The notes beneath the pieces are model-generated. The model was not told where the DNA came from. It did no database searches and was given only the letters and a program-made list of their open reading frames with translations. A stretch of 17,942 bases of DNA from Octopus sinensis (Eukaryota). Below, one piece after another: positions 17,869 through 17,942 of the stretch (position 1 is the stretch's first letter; every line of letters starts with the position of its first letter). Location: positions 1-17,942 of the forward strand of contig NW_021824573.1 in NCBI RefSeq assembly GCF_006345805.1. The letters are read 5' to 3'. A program made the translations under genes and the position numbers.

Positions 17869-17942
17869 CCTTTTCTCCCCCTTTCCTTTTCTCTCACTGT
17901 CATTATACCGCTTTGCTTTCATTCGTTTTGCATTTATTCTTC

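Overview
Repeat-dominated, apparently intergenic or intronic eukaryotic DNA. The SINE families and microsatellite density suggest an octopod cephalopod (Octopus-like); this is an inference from recalled SINE sequences, not a database result. No host protein-coding gene can be supported, and nearly all listed ORFs are microsatellite artefacts. Contents: three same-orientation 3' fragments of R4/Dong-like RLE non-LTR retrotransposons in an (AAT)n tract (418-2060); an RTE-like LINE 3' end (4167-4407, minus); tandem degenerate tRNA-Glu and tRNA-Asp copies abutting a SINE (4765-5340); many tRNA-derived SINEs of three families, some nested or with clear TSDs; a ~2.8 kb 42-bp minisatellite (6770-9580); a ~309 bp inverted duplication enclosing a Helitron-like element, SINE halves and a TIR/TSD-bounded MITE (11383-13161). 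The most notable signal is at 13468-13529: all core nucleotides and all three helices of a hammerhead ribozyme, with the strands in a non-standard, swapped order, inside a T-rich repeat-like element.
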